A stretch of DNA of 64,000 bases, taken from assembly GCA_951406725.2 (NCBI GenBank), contig OX597823.1, positions 38,316,001-38,380,000 of the forward strand, given 5' to 3'. Shown here one piece after another: positions 31,034-44,304 of this stretch; positions within the stretch are counted from its first letter, which is position 1, and the number at the start of each line of letters is the position of its first letter. The notes below the pieces were generated by a model, which saw only the letters and a program-made list of their open reading frames with translations, had not been told where the DNA came from and did not search any database. Origin of the DNA: Octopus vulgaris (Eukaryota). A program made the translations under genes and the position numbers.

Positions 31034-31674
31034 TTCTGTATGTGTGTGTGTGTGTGTACATACTGTATGCAGTATGGCCTTTCTGTTAGTAAAAAGAGCT
31101 TAGTAATGTGATGGCATTCTGCTAACAAGTTAGCATAATTTGCATTGTGTAATTTTTAAATTCAGTGAACTTGATTTTCTATGACATTTTAGTCACCTAA
31201 GATTTGTTTGCAATACAATGATTCAGAATTAAAAAAAACATTGATCAGATGTAAACTATTTCTGTCATATTAACATTTCTAGAGATTCATCATTTAACTT
31301 TTGATGTAGTTCATTTTAAGATGTGTGCACATGTTGTCTATAATTGTTGAATATTAGAATATAAAATTGTAAAAAAAAATATTCTGATGTTAAAAAGTGT
31401 TAACTGGCCAGACATGGGATGTAAGCCAGAAAATGGTGCAATGCTAGTTAAAAACATATAGTAAGCATTTTATGAACTAAACATTCTTCTATGAATATTT
31501 TGGTAGATCTCTCTCTCTCTTTTTCTCTCATGTTTACATATATGAATTATCATCATCATCTTAAAAACTACTTTTCCCTGCTTGCTCCCTTCATGAAATT
31601 TTCTATTACTGGATGCCCATCGTGACACCAATACACATGTGTTTCCCAGCAAGGTAATTATCTCCACAATGAAT

Positions 31675-33185
31675 TGAAAGGTGATCAGTCTATTTCTGCA
31701 TATGTGGATGATGCCACCATCACTGTATCTGATGAAACTCAGCTACCTTGTGTAGAGGATGCAATCAAAGGATACAAGGTGGTGGCACGGGCAAAAATTA
31801 ACAAGGACGAGTCCATCGGCTCAGCACCTGGAGTGGCAAGATGATACTGTCCAGTGTCCCACGACACTGGATGGAAGGTCCTGTTAAGTTGCTTGGAGTC
31901 TGGTTTGGACCAGATTCCTAGACGGAGAAGAACTGGAGTGAGGTGGCGACCCTAATCCGGACCTAGTCTGGAAGGACACTATCCTTGAAGGGGAGGGCAG
32001 AGGTGGTGCAAGTGTATATTGCATCTGTTATCACCTACCATCTGACTGTTGTCTCTTGCTCTGATTCATGGCTAAACAAGTTGGAACGCTTTCTCCTCTG
32101 CTTTTTGTGGAGGGAAGGAAAACTGCTTGTGAGGCACTCTGCTGCCAAAAACCACTAAAGGGTGGGCTAGGCATGCCATGTCTGATGATGCGCAAACATG
32201 CACTGAGACTGAGGCACCTCTGGCTCTACTTGGAGGGTGACCAGGTGTGGAATACACTGGTGGAGACATTCTTTCTGCGATGGACCTCTTTGGAGGAATT
32301 CAAACCCAATTTCATAAAAAGACAGAACTTGACTGAATGGCAAAAAGAGTGTCAATGGGCACTTGTGCTAATCCACAAGGTGAGCAAAGCCGGTAGCGGG
32401 AGTACCACCTTGATACTCTATAGCAGGCTGGTAGAGTTCAAGAGGAATAACATCCTAGGAGAAGCTCTGGGGCTCGATGAGGCTAGCTAGCCAACCTGTT
32501 TCAAAGAACTTTCAGGTCAGGGTACCTGGATAACTACCAGAAATCCCTGACCTGGCAGTGCTATAGGAGTGCTTTATCTGTTCATGATAAACTGTCTAGG
32601 TATGGGATGTCTGTGCCACCATGCCCAAGGTGCAGGCAGGATGATGAAATTGTTCTGCATGCCCTTGTACAGTGCCCGGAGCTTTTGGGCTTGATAGTTT
32701 ATGCAGAACACATGCTGTCGCATCTAGGAAGAGTACAGCTATTGGCTGAGTGCATGATTAAGATTGCACCTCTACCCAGACTATCAAAGGAAGTTGAGAC
32801 ATGTATTGAAAGAAGTCACAATGGGAACATTCATCTCCAGCCCTGGTTTGCTATATTACTTGAGATATCATCTGAAGAGCAAGATAGGGCTGGAGAAAAG
32901 ACACCTGTCACAAAGTGTATATGGAAAAAGATGGAAGGATGTGGTAAGGAAGTTTGGAGTGAATGGCCCTATGTAATATCATCCATAGTAAAGGAGTATG
33001 GTGCTGCTGGTTTTCTTCATGGCCAAGGTGTAAAATTTTAAGTGTATCTAATTTATAATTGTATCTAATATAAATCATCATATTTTTAAAATCTCATTAA
33101 AACGAACTCATAAACACTATTTGTTTGTAATGTCCTGTATTGTCCCCTCTATGTATTGATATTGTATTATCATAATAAAGAATAC
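31675..33185 (+). mobile_element. L1/Tx1-clade LINE 3' fragment (RT C-terminus and CCHC knuckle)
   Basis: 'ISAYVDDAT', 'PVKLLGVWFG', 'LSLKGRA', 'GGLGMP', 'CPRCRQDDEIVLHALVQCP' (CX2CX8HX4C); AATAAA at ~33174. Confidence 0.88.
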
Positions 33186-33613
33186 ATCTCTACCAGATGA
33201 GGTGTCCAGTACTGAAGAGAAGTAGAAATAGCCTGAAACCAGACCGGTTCCATCACTAGAAGGTGGTAGGGGTTTGTTCACAGTATATCGGATACAGCTG
33301 TGTATTGTTAACCAGCTAGAGGAGATGTTCTCTTGGGGTTACAAAATCACAGTAAATTCCGCTGGAATGGAACAGCCATGTTGAAGTGGCTATGAACATT
33401 ACTTACTAGTACAACTGCTGTGATCATCTCTTAAAGAGATTTTAGAATTAGATTTTTAGCTTTTATATATTATTTTATTTTTATTTTATCTTTATCTAGT
33501 TTCAGCTCACAAGCTGTGGCCATGTGTATATATATATTTATTATACTTTTACAAGATGAAGGGTGGCAATAACTTTGAAGTTTCAACCTGGTAGTCTTTG
33601 TCAACCTACAATG

Positions 33614-33659
33614 GACAGTCTGATGAAAGCTGTCAGGATGAAACTTCAAAGTCACTGTC
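33614..33659 (+). ncRNA. Type I minimal hammerhead ribozyme motif with canonical core
   Basis: GACAGT-CTGATGA-aagctgtcaggat-GAAAC-TTCAAA-GTC-ACTGTC. Perfect 6-bp stem I, CUGAUGA/GAAA core, GUC triplet; helix II is weak. Confidence 0.7.
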
Positions 33660-33730
33660 ATTGGTCCTCTTGTACAAGTTTGATAAATATGTACTCTACA
33701 AAAAGTATTGAATAATTCATCAGTTTAATA

Positions 33731-33950
33731 TTGGTTTCAAATTTTGACACAAAGCCAGCAATTTCAGGGGAGGGGAGAAGTTGTTTATATCAACCCCCAT
33801 GTTCAACTAGTACTTATTTTATCGACCCTGAAAGGATGAAAGGCAAAGTCGACCTTGGCGGAATTTGAACTCAGTATGTAAAGACAGACAAGATGTCATT
33901 AAGCATTTTGTGTTGCATGCTAATGATTCTGCCAGCTTGCTGCCTTGCCT
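33731..33950 (-). mobile_element. tRNA-derived SINE with probable TSD
   Basis: Reverse complement of the 28697 family; flanked by tcagtttaatatt / tcaatttaatatt. Confidence 0.85.
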
Positions 33951-34062
33951 TCAATTTAATATTAAATTGATTTTATTATAATTTGACATAAAAACAAACA
34001 TTGCATCTTGTCACAGGGTGCTGTCCTTGTCTCTTCCCTCTTTATTGTCATTTTGTTAAATA

Positions 34063-34095
<33 letters not shown>

Positions 34096-37000
34096 GCACA
34101 TACTGGCACTCATGCCACATATACACTCATATATAGACAAATACACACACACACACACATACACACATATATAGGCTGCAGTCAAATGACCGAAACAAGT
34201 AAAAGAATGTGTGTGTGTGTGTATCATTTAACTCCTGTCTGCATGCTAGCTTGGGTTTGAGGATGACATAATACTCCAATGTTTTAGTTTTTGGCATGGT
34301 TTCTATGGCTGAATGTCTTTCATTATGTCAATCACTTTAAAAGTGTACTGAGTGCTATTTTTGTGACACCAGTATTCATGAAATTGCCATTTATAAATAT
34401 ATATATGTTTAAATATATACATATGTCTGTATGTATGTGCATGTATATACATGTGCATATATTTGTAAATATGTGTATATGTATATGCGTATTTGTATAA
34501 GTATGCATATCTATATGTGTATATCGGTATAAATATATGTACACGTATATCATATACATATAAAAAGTAGTCCATAAATAACCATCATTGATGATGGCTT
34601 AAGTGGATAAAATTTTGAAGTCACTGTCAACAACGTTCTTGTATAAGAATAAGAAATTTGTAGTCTACAAAAGTATAGAATATGATTAATGTAAAATTGT
34701 TTTTATTATAACAACATAAAAACAAACATTATGACAGACACACCTGCGCGTGCATGTGCAAACTACATATTTTGAAAGTTATATTAAGCAGAAAATATTG
34801 AAATTTTTTTTTTTATAAAAATAGAAATCAAATATATTTATTGCGTTTTTCATTTAATACTTGTAGAACTGGTTACTGGTAATTCTGTGGCTGCTACAAG
34901 TATCAATGTTTTGCACTAATAATCTGCAATTGTTAGAAATTGTGAACATGTATACTTTTGCAGGGTCTTAATATATATTTTTTTATGTGCTTATATTGAT
35001 AGTACTTCACTTAGCTGAATATATGTGACTGATATAAATGTTTGTGCCTAACATTCTACATTACTCAAATGTTTATGTATTTAGACCTACGACTGCATTT
35101 TTAACACCTGTATTTTCCATTCTCATTCATTACATTAGCATCTATTATAGAAGTCATTGATTTTTTTGCACTTAATCATCCAAGAGCATTTTTGTGTATA
35201 GCTAAAGCAGCCAGTTTATTAAAATGGATCAGTAAATGAGAAGCCTTTCAAAATAGATATATTTAGTAGATACACTGCAATTTAAGTATTCCTTTCTTAG
35301 TTTTATTTCTTTTAAAGTTTGGTTGTAGATTTACTGTTACTTATATATTATTGTGTTGTTTTATTGATCTTAGCATTGTGAAGGTTGAATCCATAATATT
35401 TTGAGTCCACTGACCTCAGTGTTTTTTATAGGTAATATATGTTAATATGTGAAAGGAAGTTTTGAACAGATATTTTTTCTATGAATCATAATTAATGTAT
35501 GTTACTGTTCTGGTATATTGGGAAAATAATTTCAATTGCTGCATAGATTCATTACATTAAGTATTGAAAAGTGCTGTAAATGATTTTAGTGTAATAAAAA
35601 CTAACCCTTTTTTATATATAATATTGTAAATTTCAGACTTGGAAGTCATTTAACAGTAACAATAGTGTTAAGTATTTTCAACATTAGAAAAATAATAATG
35701 TAAGTGGATAGAAACAATTGCACTTTTAATACTATAATTTTAACTTAGAGAAGTTTATTTTATAGTTGTTGGAAGGATTTAAGGTTTCTATAAAACGTTT
35801 GCTGTCATTGCATATAAATTTGTATATATTTACTGTAGAAAGAATGAGGACTCAATTGAGAAGAAGACGTCAGTAAAGAAATAATACGATTTTCTTTATT
35901 ATTGAAACTGCTTAATCACATTGATAAAAAGCTGCTGGATTACTGCAAATCCACAGCTAATTATATTCAATAAAGATAAGTACAAGCAAGTATATAGCAG
36001 GTGAAAAAGAATTAGTCCTAAAAATGTAATTTGCCAATAGAACCACATTTGGAAATAATATACAGGTATTCAGAAAAGCATAAATGTTCATTGCTTGTTC
36101 AATATCTAAAGAATAAATCTGTGTTTAAATAGAATATAGTTCAAATAATGTCTTTAGCAAATACCTACAGGATCAGGTTAACAACTTGTTAACCCACTAC
36201 TGTTAAGAAATATAAGAGGTTGAGACAGTGGAAAGAATTGCTTTTTTGTCTAAAGTGGATCCATCCAAACAGGCAAATTTTGAATTTCTTACAGAAATCT
36301 TTATTTTATACAATTTTTATTTTCTTTATGTTACTCAAAAATATAGAGTGATGATTGGCTAAAATTGTGTTTAGTGAGTGACCTTCATTGGGGTTATTTT
36401 GCTTGTGAGGCTGCCAACTCGCGCCAAATTCAATGCTGTGTATGTGACATGTGAGTGTATTAAAATGGCTGGTATGTGCAGCAACAGAAATAGATTGATT
36501 AAATCATGTATGTGTGAGACACATTGATGAGTAAGTCTGAGCTGAAAAACAGCTAATTTTTTTGTATCTGTATGTTGGATCAAACTAGCATCCACTTCAT
36601 ACATCTGTATAATTAAGATGGTAACATATACTCTAATTTTTCTGAAATAGAAAATTGATGCTAAAGAGAATTGAGAACAAGAATATTTAGAAATTTTTCA
36701 TTGATTATGGAAATAGTATTTTTCATTAATTCTATAACAAACTTCAAATTTATGGATCTAAAAATAATAATTCTACAAACACAAATATTTCTTTTGTTTC
36801 ATTTATAAAACTTGTGGCAAATGCAAATTAACTTCATTAATTTTGACAATGTTATTAAGAAAATTTTGCTGTAATTATTTTTCTCCCATCAACCATTTAT
36901 GCAAGGTATATTCTTTTTAATATTCATATTCTCAAAATTATATTTTATTTAAATTAGGTATATCATTTTAAAATTAAGTGTTTTGGTATTTAGATTACAT

Positions 37001-37448
37001 TTTTGGTTCAGTGCATTATGGTTCTAATTTATCCCAAATTTACAAATGAAGCTAGAACAGCTAGAGCATTTATTGATAAATAGGAAACAACAGCTTTCAA
37101 TGTTAGCAAATATTCAATGAGCTGTATTTGGTTACTGTGGAAACCAAGTGACAACAAGCATGCTCATTGCAGTCTATTTCTAACCCTGTCCTTTATATAA
37201 TCCATACTCATTCAGTTTTATTGACAGACAGGTCTACTCTTCTAATGAAATGATATTACAATAAAAATACTGATGATTGAAAATTATTTATTAATTACTG
37301 TATGCATATACATCTAAAGAAATAATATATATATGCATGTGTGTGTGCCTTTTTATATATTTGAGTATGTATGTACACACACACACACACACATACATAT
37401 CTATGTATTAATATGGATACATATTCTTGTGTCTGTATACATATTTAT

Positions 37449-38307
37449 ATCATCATCATCATTATCATTTAATGTCCATTGTCCATGCTGGCATGGGATG
37501 GATGGTTTGACCAGGGCTGGTAAGCTGAGGGGCTGCACCAGACTCTAGTCTGATTTGGCATGGTTTCTACTGCTGGATGTCCTTCCTAACACCAACCATT
37601 CCAAGTGTGTAATGGATGCTTTACGTACCACCAGCATGGGTGTCAGTTTGCATGAGACCAATATCTGCTACAACTACTTGGCTTGATGGATCTTCTTCTC
37701 AAGCACATCATTTGTCATTGCCTCCATGAGGCCCAGTATACGGGAGGTGTTTTTTATGTGTCACAAGCACAGGTGCTTGTTACATAACACCAACATCAAT
37801 CACATTGCTTCTGTGAAGCTCAACGCTCAAAAGGTGCTTTTTACATGCCACAGGCACAAGTGCCAGTTACATGACACCAACAACAACCACAACTATGATT
37901 TCACCTGGCTTGGCACATCTTCTCAAGCACAGCACATCACCAAAGGCCTCGCTCACTAATCATTGCTTCTATGAAGCCTAACATTTGAAGATCATGCTTC
38001 ACCATCTTGTTCCATGTCTTCCTGGGTCTCCCTCTTCCACAGCTTCCTTCCACTTGTAGAGATCGGAACTTCTTCACATAACTGTCCACATCCATACACA
38101 TCATATGACTGTACCAACACAGTTATCACTTTTGTACACCATATCTGATACCTCTTATGCTCAGCTTCTATCTCAAGACGCTTATACTCTGTTGTACATG
38201 CACACTGACATTACATATCCAGCAAAAGCATACTAGCATCATTTCTTTCAAGTCTATGCATGTCCTTGGTAGTCACAGCCCATGTTTCACTGCCATATAA
38301 CATGGCT

Positions 38308-38310
<3 letters not shown>
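37449..38310 (-). mobile_element. RTE LINE 3' fragment and tail
   Basis: Minus strand 'LYGSETWA', 'WYSH', 'RGRPRKTW' plus the same tail as 15295-16310. Confidence 0.85.
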
Positions 38311-38344
<34 letters not shown>

Positions 38345-38349
<5 letters not shown>

Positions 38350-38723
38350 TCGCCCGGCGTTGCTCAGGTTTGTAAGGGAAATAACTATAAAGCATTTTTA
38401 GAGAGTTATAGCCAAAAAATAGCCAAAAAATGGAAAAAAAATAATGGTAAATTTTTTTTTGAGAGTTAAAAAAGGTGGAGTTGCGTCCCCTAGACGGTCT
38501 GTGGTTTGGGTTTCTGATTCTCGACCCCATGTCGAATTTATCGATTTTTTTCAGAACTGGGGGAACTTTTCAAAATTTTCGCTGCGTTAGTTTTGAATTA
38601 TGACATTGGGCTATGTGTGTGTCAAGTTTCATCAGAATCGGTTGAAAGCCGTGGTCAGAGTGAGGGTACGAGAAAACAGACACACAGAAAACGCACAGAC
38701 AAACTGCCGTTTATATATAGAGA
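38345..38723 (-). mobile_element. Short non-autonomous Helitron-like element
   Basis: Minus strand starts A|TCTCTATATATAAACGGCAGTTTG and ends with a subterminal hairpin (cccggcgttgctcagg on plus). Shares ~200 bp with 44305-45225. Confidence 0.7.
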
Positions 38724-38747
38724 TATATATATATATATATATATATA

Positions 38748-39638
38748 TGAGGTGGTATCAAAATGTTTCTGGACTAGTTCTATAGCATGTCAGCAGGTCA
38801 GCAGATGGCAACATACAACTGCAAGTGCATTGAGAGCTAGAAGTGACTTCATGAGGCAGTGTGGTAAGTGACATCACTGTTTTCACTTCGGAGTTTGTGA
38901 AATTTGTGCTTTTATGATCACGTGTAAGCTGCAGTTTGTGATTTTGTCATGGACAGGAACAAAGAGCCAACAAATTTTCCATTAAACTTGGGAACTTGCA
39001 TTAAACTTGCTACAGAGACTTTGAGCAGTCTTTGGCAAGTCTACAGTGATGAGGCAGTGGATTGTATACAATGTTTTGAGTGCTACAGGTGTTTCAAAAG
39101 CAGAATATTCCTAGAAGACGATGAGCAATCTGGAAGACCTGCCACAAACGTCATCCCTGAAAATGTGATATTGTGCATTGAGAATTCATCCCCCAGGGCC
39201 AGACAGTCAATCAAAAGTTCTACTGCAATGTTTGTTTTAAAGCATTTGAGAGAGGACATTCAGTGAAAGAAACCAGATCTGTGGAGCACAAAGAATTGAA
39301 TTCTCCACTGAGCTCTCCTCACTCCTGAGTTTCTTGCCAGAAACAACATGGTGACCAAATTTAGCACCTGCAGACTTCCATCTCTTCCCCAAAATGAAAA
39401 TGCAGCTCAAAGGTCTCCATTTTAACACTGTTGTTGAGATCCAGAGTGAATTGCAGAAGGCCCTCAACTTGCTTACAGAAAATGACTTCCAGGCTGGATT
39501 CCAAATGTGGCAGGAACTCTGGGACTGGTGTATTGCTGCACAAGGTGACTATTTCAAAGGAGATGATGTTAAAACTTAAGTAAATAAGTTATTTTTTATT
39601 AAACATAACTAGTTCAGGAACTTTTTGATACCACTTCA
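38748..39638 (+). mobile_element. Internally deleted mariner element with TIRs and TA TSD
   Basis: TIRs tgaggtggtatcaaaatgtttctggactagtt / aactagttcaggaactttttgataccacttca flanked by TA. 'LEDDEQSGRP', 'LAPADFHLFPKMK', 'CIAAQGDYFKG'. Confidence 0.9.
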
Positions 39639-39839
39639 TATGTGTGTGTGTGTGTGTGTAAAAATTAGAGAAGAAATTCATTCTAAGCATGGACACAAAG
39701 CCTGGACTTGAGTGACTTTAGGAAACTTACCAAAGATTAAGGTGGTAGTAAACAGGAAAAGAGACAGGACCTTAGTATCATCAAGAGAATAAGTTTATTT
39801 AATATGCAGAAAAAGAGTAAGTAGGAATACCATACACTG

Positions 39840-40650
39840 TAATCGGTGTAAGCTATGGACGCTCAAGAGTTGTAGTGAAATCATACGTATTGGAACAAGT
39901 TTAGGGAGCTATTAATTTTGTTGGGTATGGAAGACTTTTCCCTCAGAGTAGAGGGCAGATTGTATGATGCTTGTGTTATAACAACAATATTGCATGGTAT
40001 TAAGTTGTAAACCTTGAATACACAAGACTTGCAAAGGTTAATAAAATTGCTTCAGTGAGTGTATAATGTTAGTGTGCATGAACACCAGAATACTAATGAT
40101 TTGAGATAAAAACTAGTTAATCATATGTAGTGTGCAAGATAGAAGACTGTTGGTATGGATATGTGATGTGTATGGAGGATTACTGCAGTATAGAGAAGTG
40201 CCAAGAGCTTCAAATTAATGGAATCTTTGAAAGAGGGAGACCAAGACAGACTTGAGATGGTGAAGTGATGAAGGCTGATCTGAAAATGTTGAATCTCATG
40301 GAGGAGATGATAAAAGACTGTACTGATTGGCAATCAGTGCTGCAGAAGACCTGGCCACCAGCTGTGAAATATACCTTAACACGAGGGTATATCAGTACTC
40401 ACCAAAATCTCCTGTTCCTTCAAAATGATGAGTGAGTGGAACAATTTCTCTTGTGCTGAAATTGCAAAATGCATTCAGTGTACAAGTAAGGTGGCTGAGC
40501 AGAGAATGCATAGGGTTCTAAGGTCTCTTTATTCATCCTCTCCCGAGTTGGTACTGCGAAAAAATGTTCCCTGTCCACTCTGTAAAGAAGTTGGTTATAG
40601 ACCTGTCCAATTTATGCCAGCATGGAAAGTGGATGTAAAAACGATGATGA
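39840..40650 (+). mobile_element. Old RTE LINE 3' fragment and tail
   Basis: 'FSLRVEGRLYDACV...ILHG', 'RRLLVWI/WYGY' remnants and a (GAT) tail. Confidence 0.7.
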
Positions 40651-41139
40651 TGCATATACGTGTGTGTGTATGCATGTGCGTACTAGTGTGCATGCATCTA
40701 TAATACTGTTCAGCTACAATCTCATCTACTTATTGTAACACTTAACTATGGAACAAAATTGAAGAGTCTATCATGCAATGTTTTATTTGTAAGTCTATTG
40801 ACTGATAAACTATACTTAATGTTGTCAAAAACTTAACATTAGGCTGCACTTTAAAAAAGTTTGCATTTTTCACAACAAGTCTTTATCTTATCAAAATATT
40901 TAAAAATATATTTTATTATACAAATGTAGCCATTCTTGCATTGTGCAACCTCAAAAAGAAACAGTAAAATACACTAAATATCACTGTGGTGACTCCTCTA
41001 TATTGGAGGAACAACTGCATTGCCTAGCCAAGCAATTTAGTCCATGTCATGTTAAATGTCTGAAGATGTAGATTATTCATAACAAGGTTGGTTCAGCAAG
41101 TGCTCTGTTTAAGGGAGCTGCTTGCTCCTCTTGTATTGT

Positions 41140-41360
41140 TGAACATAATCATTTTTGTTTTCTTCTCTTATTAGGTACCAGCGACAGTCTGTCATCATAT
41201 TTGTATTCATCTGTCCCTGCTAGCTTTTTTCTGTATTTTGTTATGGCATTGTGTAAATACTTTCCTTGTTCTTCATTAACAACCCCTAAATTAACAGGGA
41301 AGTAATCTAGATGACTATGGAGGAAATGCACTTTATCTACTTACATTACATTCTCTCTTG
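41140..41360 (-). mobile_element. Chapaev3/Transib-like DDE transposase C-terminal remnant
   Basis: 'K.HFLHSHLDYFPVNLGVVNEEQG' matches the HFLHSHLDFFPxNLGAVSDEQGE motif that carries the catalytic E. Confidence 0.6.
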
Positions 41361-41929
41361 TGAATAGAGAAAAATAAATTTGTCAATAGATCTATTTGTG
41401 GATTTGTTGTAAAAAAAAAAAAAAAATGAAATAAAATTCCCACAAGTTTTGTGGAAGCTGCTCTGTATTTTTTTTTGATAGGTTTAAAAACCTATAAATA
41501 CTTTATTTTTACATAATTTTTCTTTCTTAGAGCATCAAAGATACTTGCCTTCAATTTTTTTTTTATTTAAAGCAGGATAGATCACAATTTGAACAGGTCT
41601 TTTCCTAATAGATATTGAGTTAGAGTTATCATTTATACTAAACTGACAGTGAGGCCAAAAGCCTTATAAATTCAAACAAATACATGAGAAGAGATTTGGT
41701 GATTGGCCTTAGTTAGTTGTTGAACAACGTTGTCATCAGCATATTGTAATTCACAGATCCTTGCCTTTGTTAATCTTTCCCCTGTCACTCTGTCACATCA
41801 ATAAATCAATTCCTCTCATCATACACCCTCCTTCATGACAACCAATCAGTTCTGCTCAGTGCCATGACTTCACCCATGACTTCTCATGTCATCACTCTCT
41901 TTCCTTTTTTTTCTTTTTTGATGGTTACA

Positions 41930-42265
41930 AGGCAACCTCACTAGTGCTGGTGACATGAAAAAAGCCCCCAGTAAACTGTAAAATTGTCAGCAAAATGAGT
42001 AGAGACAACAGGGGTTTGAGAGGAGTCTTTGGTCTTGCTAAAGGCAAAAGAATAGTGCTGGTGGCACACACACAAAAAAAAAATTGCACTCTGTACACTC
42101 TGTAAAGTGGTTGGTGTTATGAAGGACATCCAGCCATAGAAATCAAGCCAAAACTAGGACATTGGAACAAGATGTGGCCCTTTGACTTGTCAGATCCTGT
42201 CAAACCACTCCATCCATACCAGTATGTAAAACAAATGTAAAATGATGAAGGTGATAATGATGAGA
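41930..42265 (+). mobile_element. Diverged RTE-tail repeat
   Basis: agtgctggtggcac...tgtaaagtggttggtgttatgaaggacatccagcc...aaatgatga. Confidence 0.65.
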
Positions 42266-42658
42266 TCATAGTCATAGAGCTAATGCATTTTACTTTCAGC
42301 AGTCAATCTGTACAGAAACAAATGCTTCCAGATCTTAAAAACTCTTCATAAGGAGTTTATTTCCTTTACAAGCTTTCTTAGCTAAAAATTTCCAGTTGAC
42401 ATTTTCCCTTTCTTAAGAACCTGTACTAGATTCTTCCTTTTTAGGGGGTTAATTTCCGAAGTAAGCCTACTACCTTTCATTATTATGTAGCAACTATGTG
42501 GTTGTTGCATGAGGCTTTTGTCATCATCAAGAAGTCTTATAGATTCTGCTTTAATTTTAAATGAATAGAAAAGTTTTTAAATTAATAGAAATGGTTGGAG
42601 AATGACAAAAATGGGCACGTTTGCATTTCTAGTTTATGATAGACAAAAACTGATATTA

Positions 42659-43909
42659 TCAGGTCATTCCATAAGTTCTGTCCAATTTTACCTTTTTTAA
42701 AATTCAATGAAATTTAATAGTATTTTAGAATGTCTAATGGAATTAAAAATTATTTTACAGAATAATAGAATTGAAATTTCTTTGATTAAAACCCTTTCTA
42801 ACATGGAAGTATCCAAAGAGCATTTGAGGCACATAATGCTTTATGAGTACAAAAAAGGAAACTCTGCAGCCAAAGCAACTCGAAACATACACTCAGTTTA
42901 TGGGAAAGAATGCTTGAATGAAAGAACTTACAGAAGATGGTTTGCAAAATTCAGAAGTGGAGATTTCAGCCTTGAAGATGAAGATCGAACAGGACGTCCA
43001 GTTGAATTTGATGATAAGCTCCTTGAGGCATTACTTAAAGAAAATCTTGCATTATCAGTTGAAGAATTGGCAATAAAGCTTAGTTCAAACCATACAACTG
43101 TTCATTGTCATCTTCAGCAACTTAGAAAGGTTCCTAAACTTGGAAAACGGGTGCCTCATGAATTGTCCGAAAGTAACTGCAAATCCTGAGTTGACATCTG
43201 CTCTTCTCTCCATTCTCACAAACTCATTTTACCTTTTTTGGATAGACTTGTGACTGGCGATGAAATATGGATCTTCTATCGAAATGTTAAATGTCATAAA
43301 AAGTGGCTTGGTAAAAGGGAAAAAGCTCAACCACAACCGAGAAGGGAACTTCATGGGAAAAAGGTTCTTCTCTCTATCTAGTGGGATTGCAAAGGAGTAA
43401 TTTGCTTTGAATTGTTACCACCTAATGCAACAATCAATGATCAAGTCTACTGTTAGCAATTAGAGCATTTGAACCAAGCTTTGAAGAAAAAAAGACCTGC
43501 TTTAGTGAATCAAAAAGAAGTGATCTTTCATCAGAAAATGTGCGACCCTGCACCACAAAGATCACATCACAGAAGATCAAAGAGCTTGGTTTGGAAAAAA
43601 CTCCTCATCCACCTTAATCTCCTAACCTTGCTCCTTCAGACTACTTACTATTTGTTTCATAGTTTACAGAATCATTTGGGGGACATAACTTTTGCAAGCC
43701 AGGAGGAGGTCAAAACTGACATTTCAGAGTTCTTTGCTTTGAAAGCAAAAGAGTTTTACGTTGATGGGATTAAAAAGCTTGTAAATAGACAGAAGGAAGT
43801 CATAGATAATCAGGGAAAGTACACTGATGATTAAATTTCAGCTAAATATAACATTTGATCACTTGTTTTCATTATTCAAAATTCGGACAGAACTTATGGG
43901 ATGACCTAA
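42659..43909 (+). mobile_element. Full-length mariner (DD34D) transposon; transposase pseudogene 42803-43834
   Basis: TIRs tcaggtcattccataagttctgtcc / ggacagaacttatgggatgacctaa with TA flanks. 'MEVSKEHLRHIMLYEY..', 'RVPHEL', 'VTGDE.WI.Y', 'SPNLAPSDY'; stops and frameshifts present. Confidence 0.95.
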
Positions 43910-44304
43910 TATATTTCAATTCGAAATTCACCTTAAGCTATCTTTACTTTCAAAAGTAGTAAAATTGTTGCTGACCAATGACCAGGAATAATATATATAT
44001 AATTATATATATGTATTATTCCAAAGACAATTGACATGGAAATAAATATTTCAAATTAAGTGCAGTACATATATTATTGATATATGCTTTAGAATCCGCG
44101 GCTCATTTGTGTAATTACTGTACTTTGTTCTCAGGGACTGTGGATTCAAATCTTGCAATATGCACTTTTCTCTCATAGGAAAATACAGTCAGCCTAATAA
44201 AAATTATTAATGTATTAGTGATATAGTTGTATTATAGTAGAGTATTATTGAAGATTATATCTTCAATTTTGTTCTGTGGTTAAGCGTGTTTAAATTATTT
44301 ACTA

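Noticed and set aside
33205-33255. CTGAAGAG...GAAAC...GTT hammerhead-like string
   Set aside because: Helix II and helix I do not pair.
42707-43834. SETMAR-like host gene
   Set aside because: No SET domain; bounded by TIRs and TA, with stops and frameshifts. It is a mariner copy.
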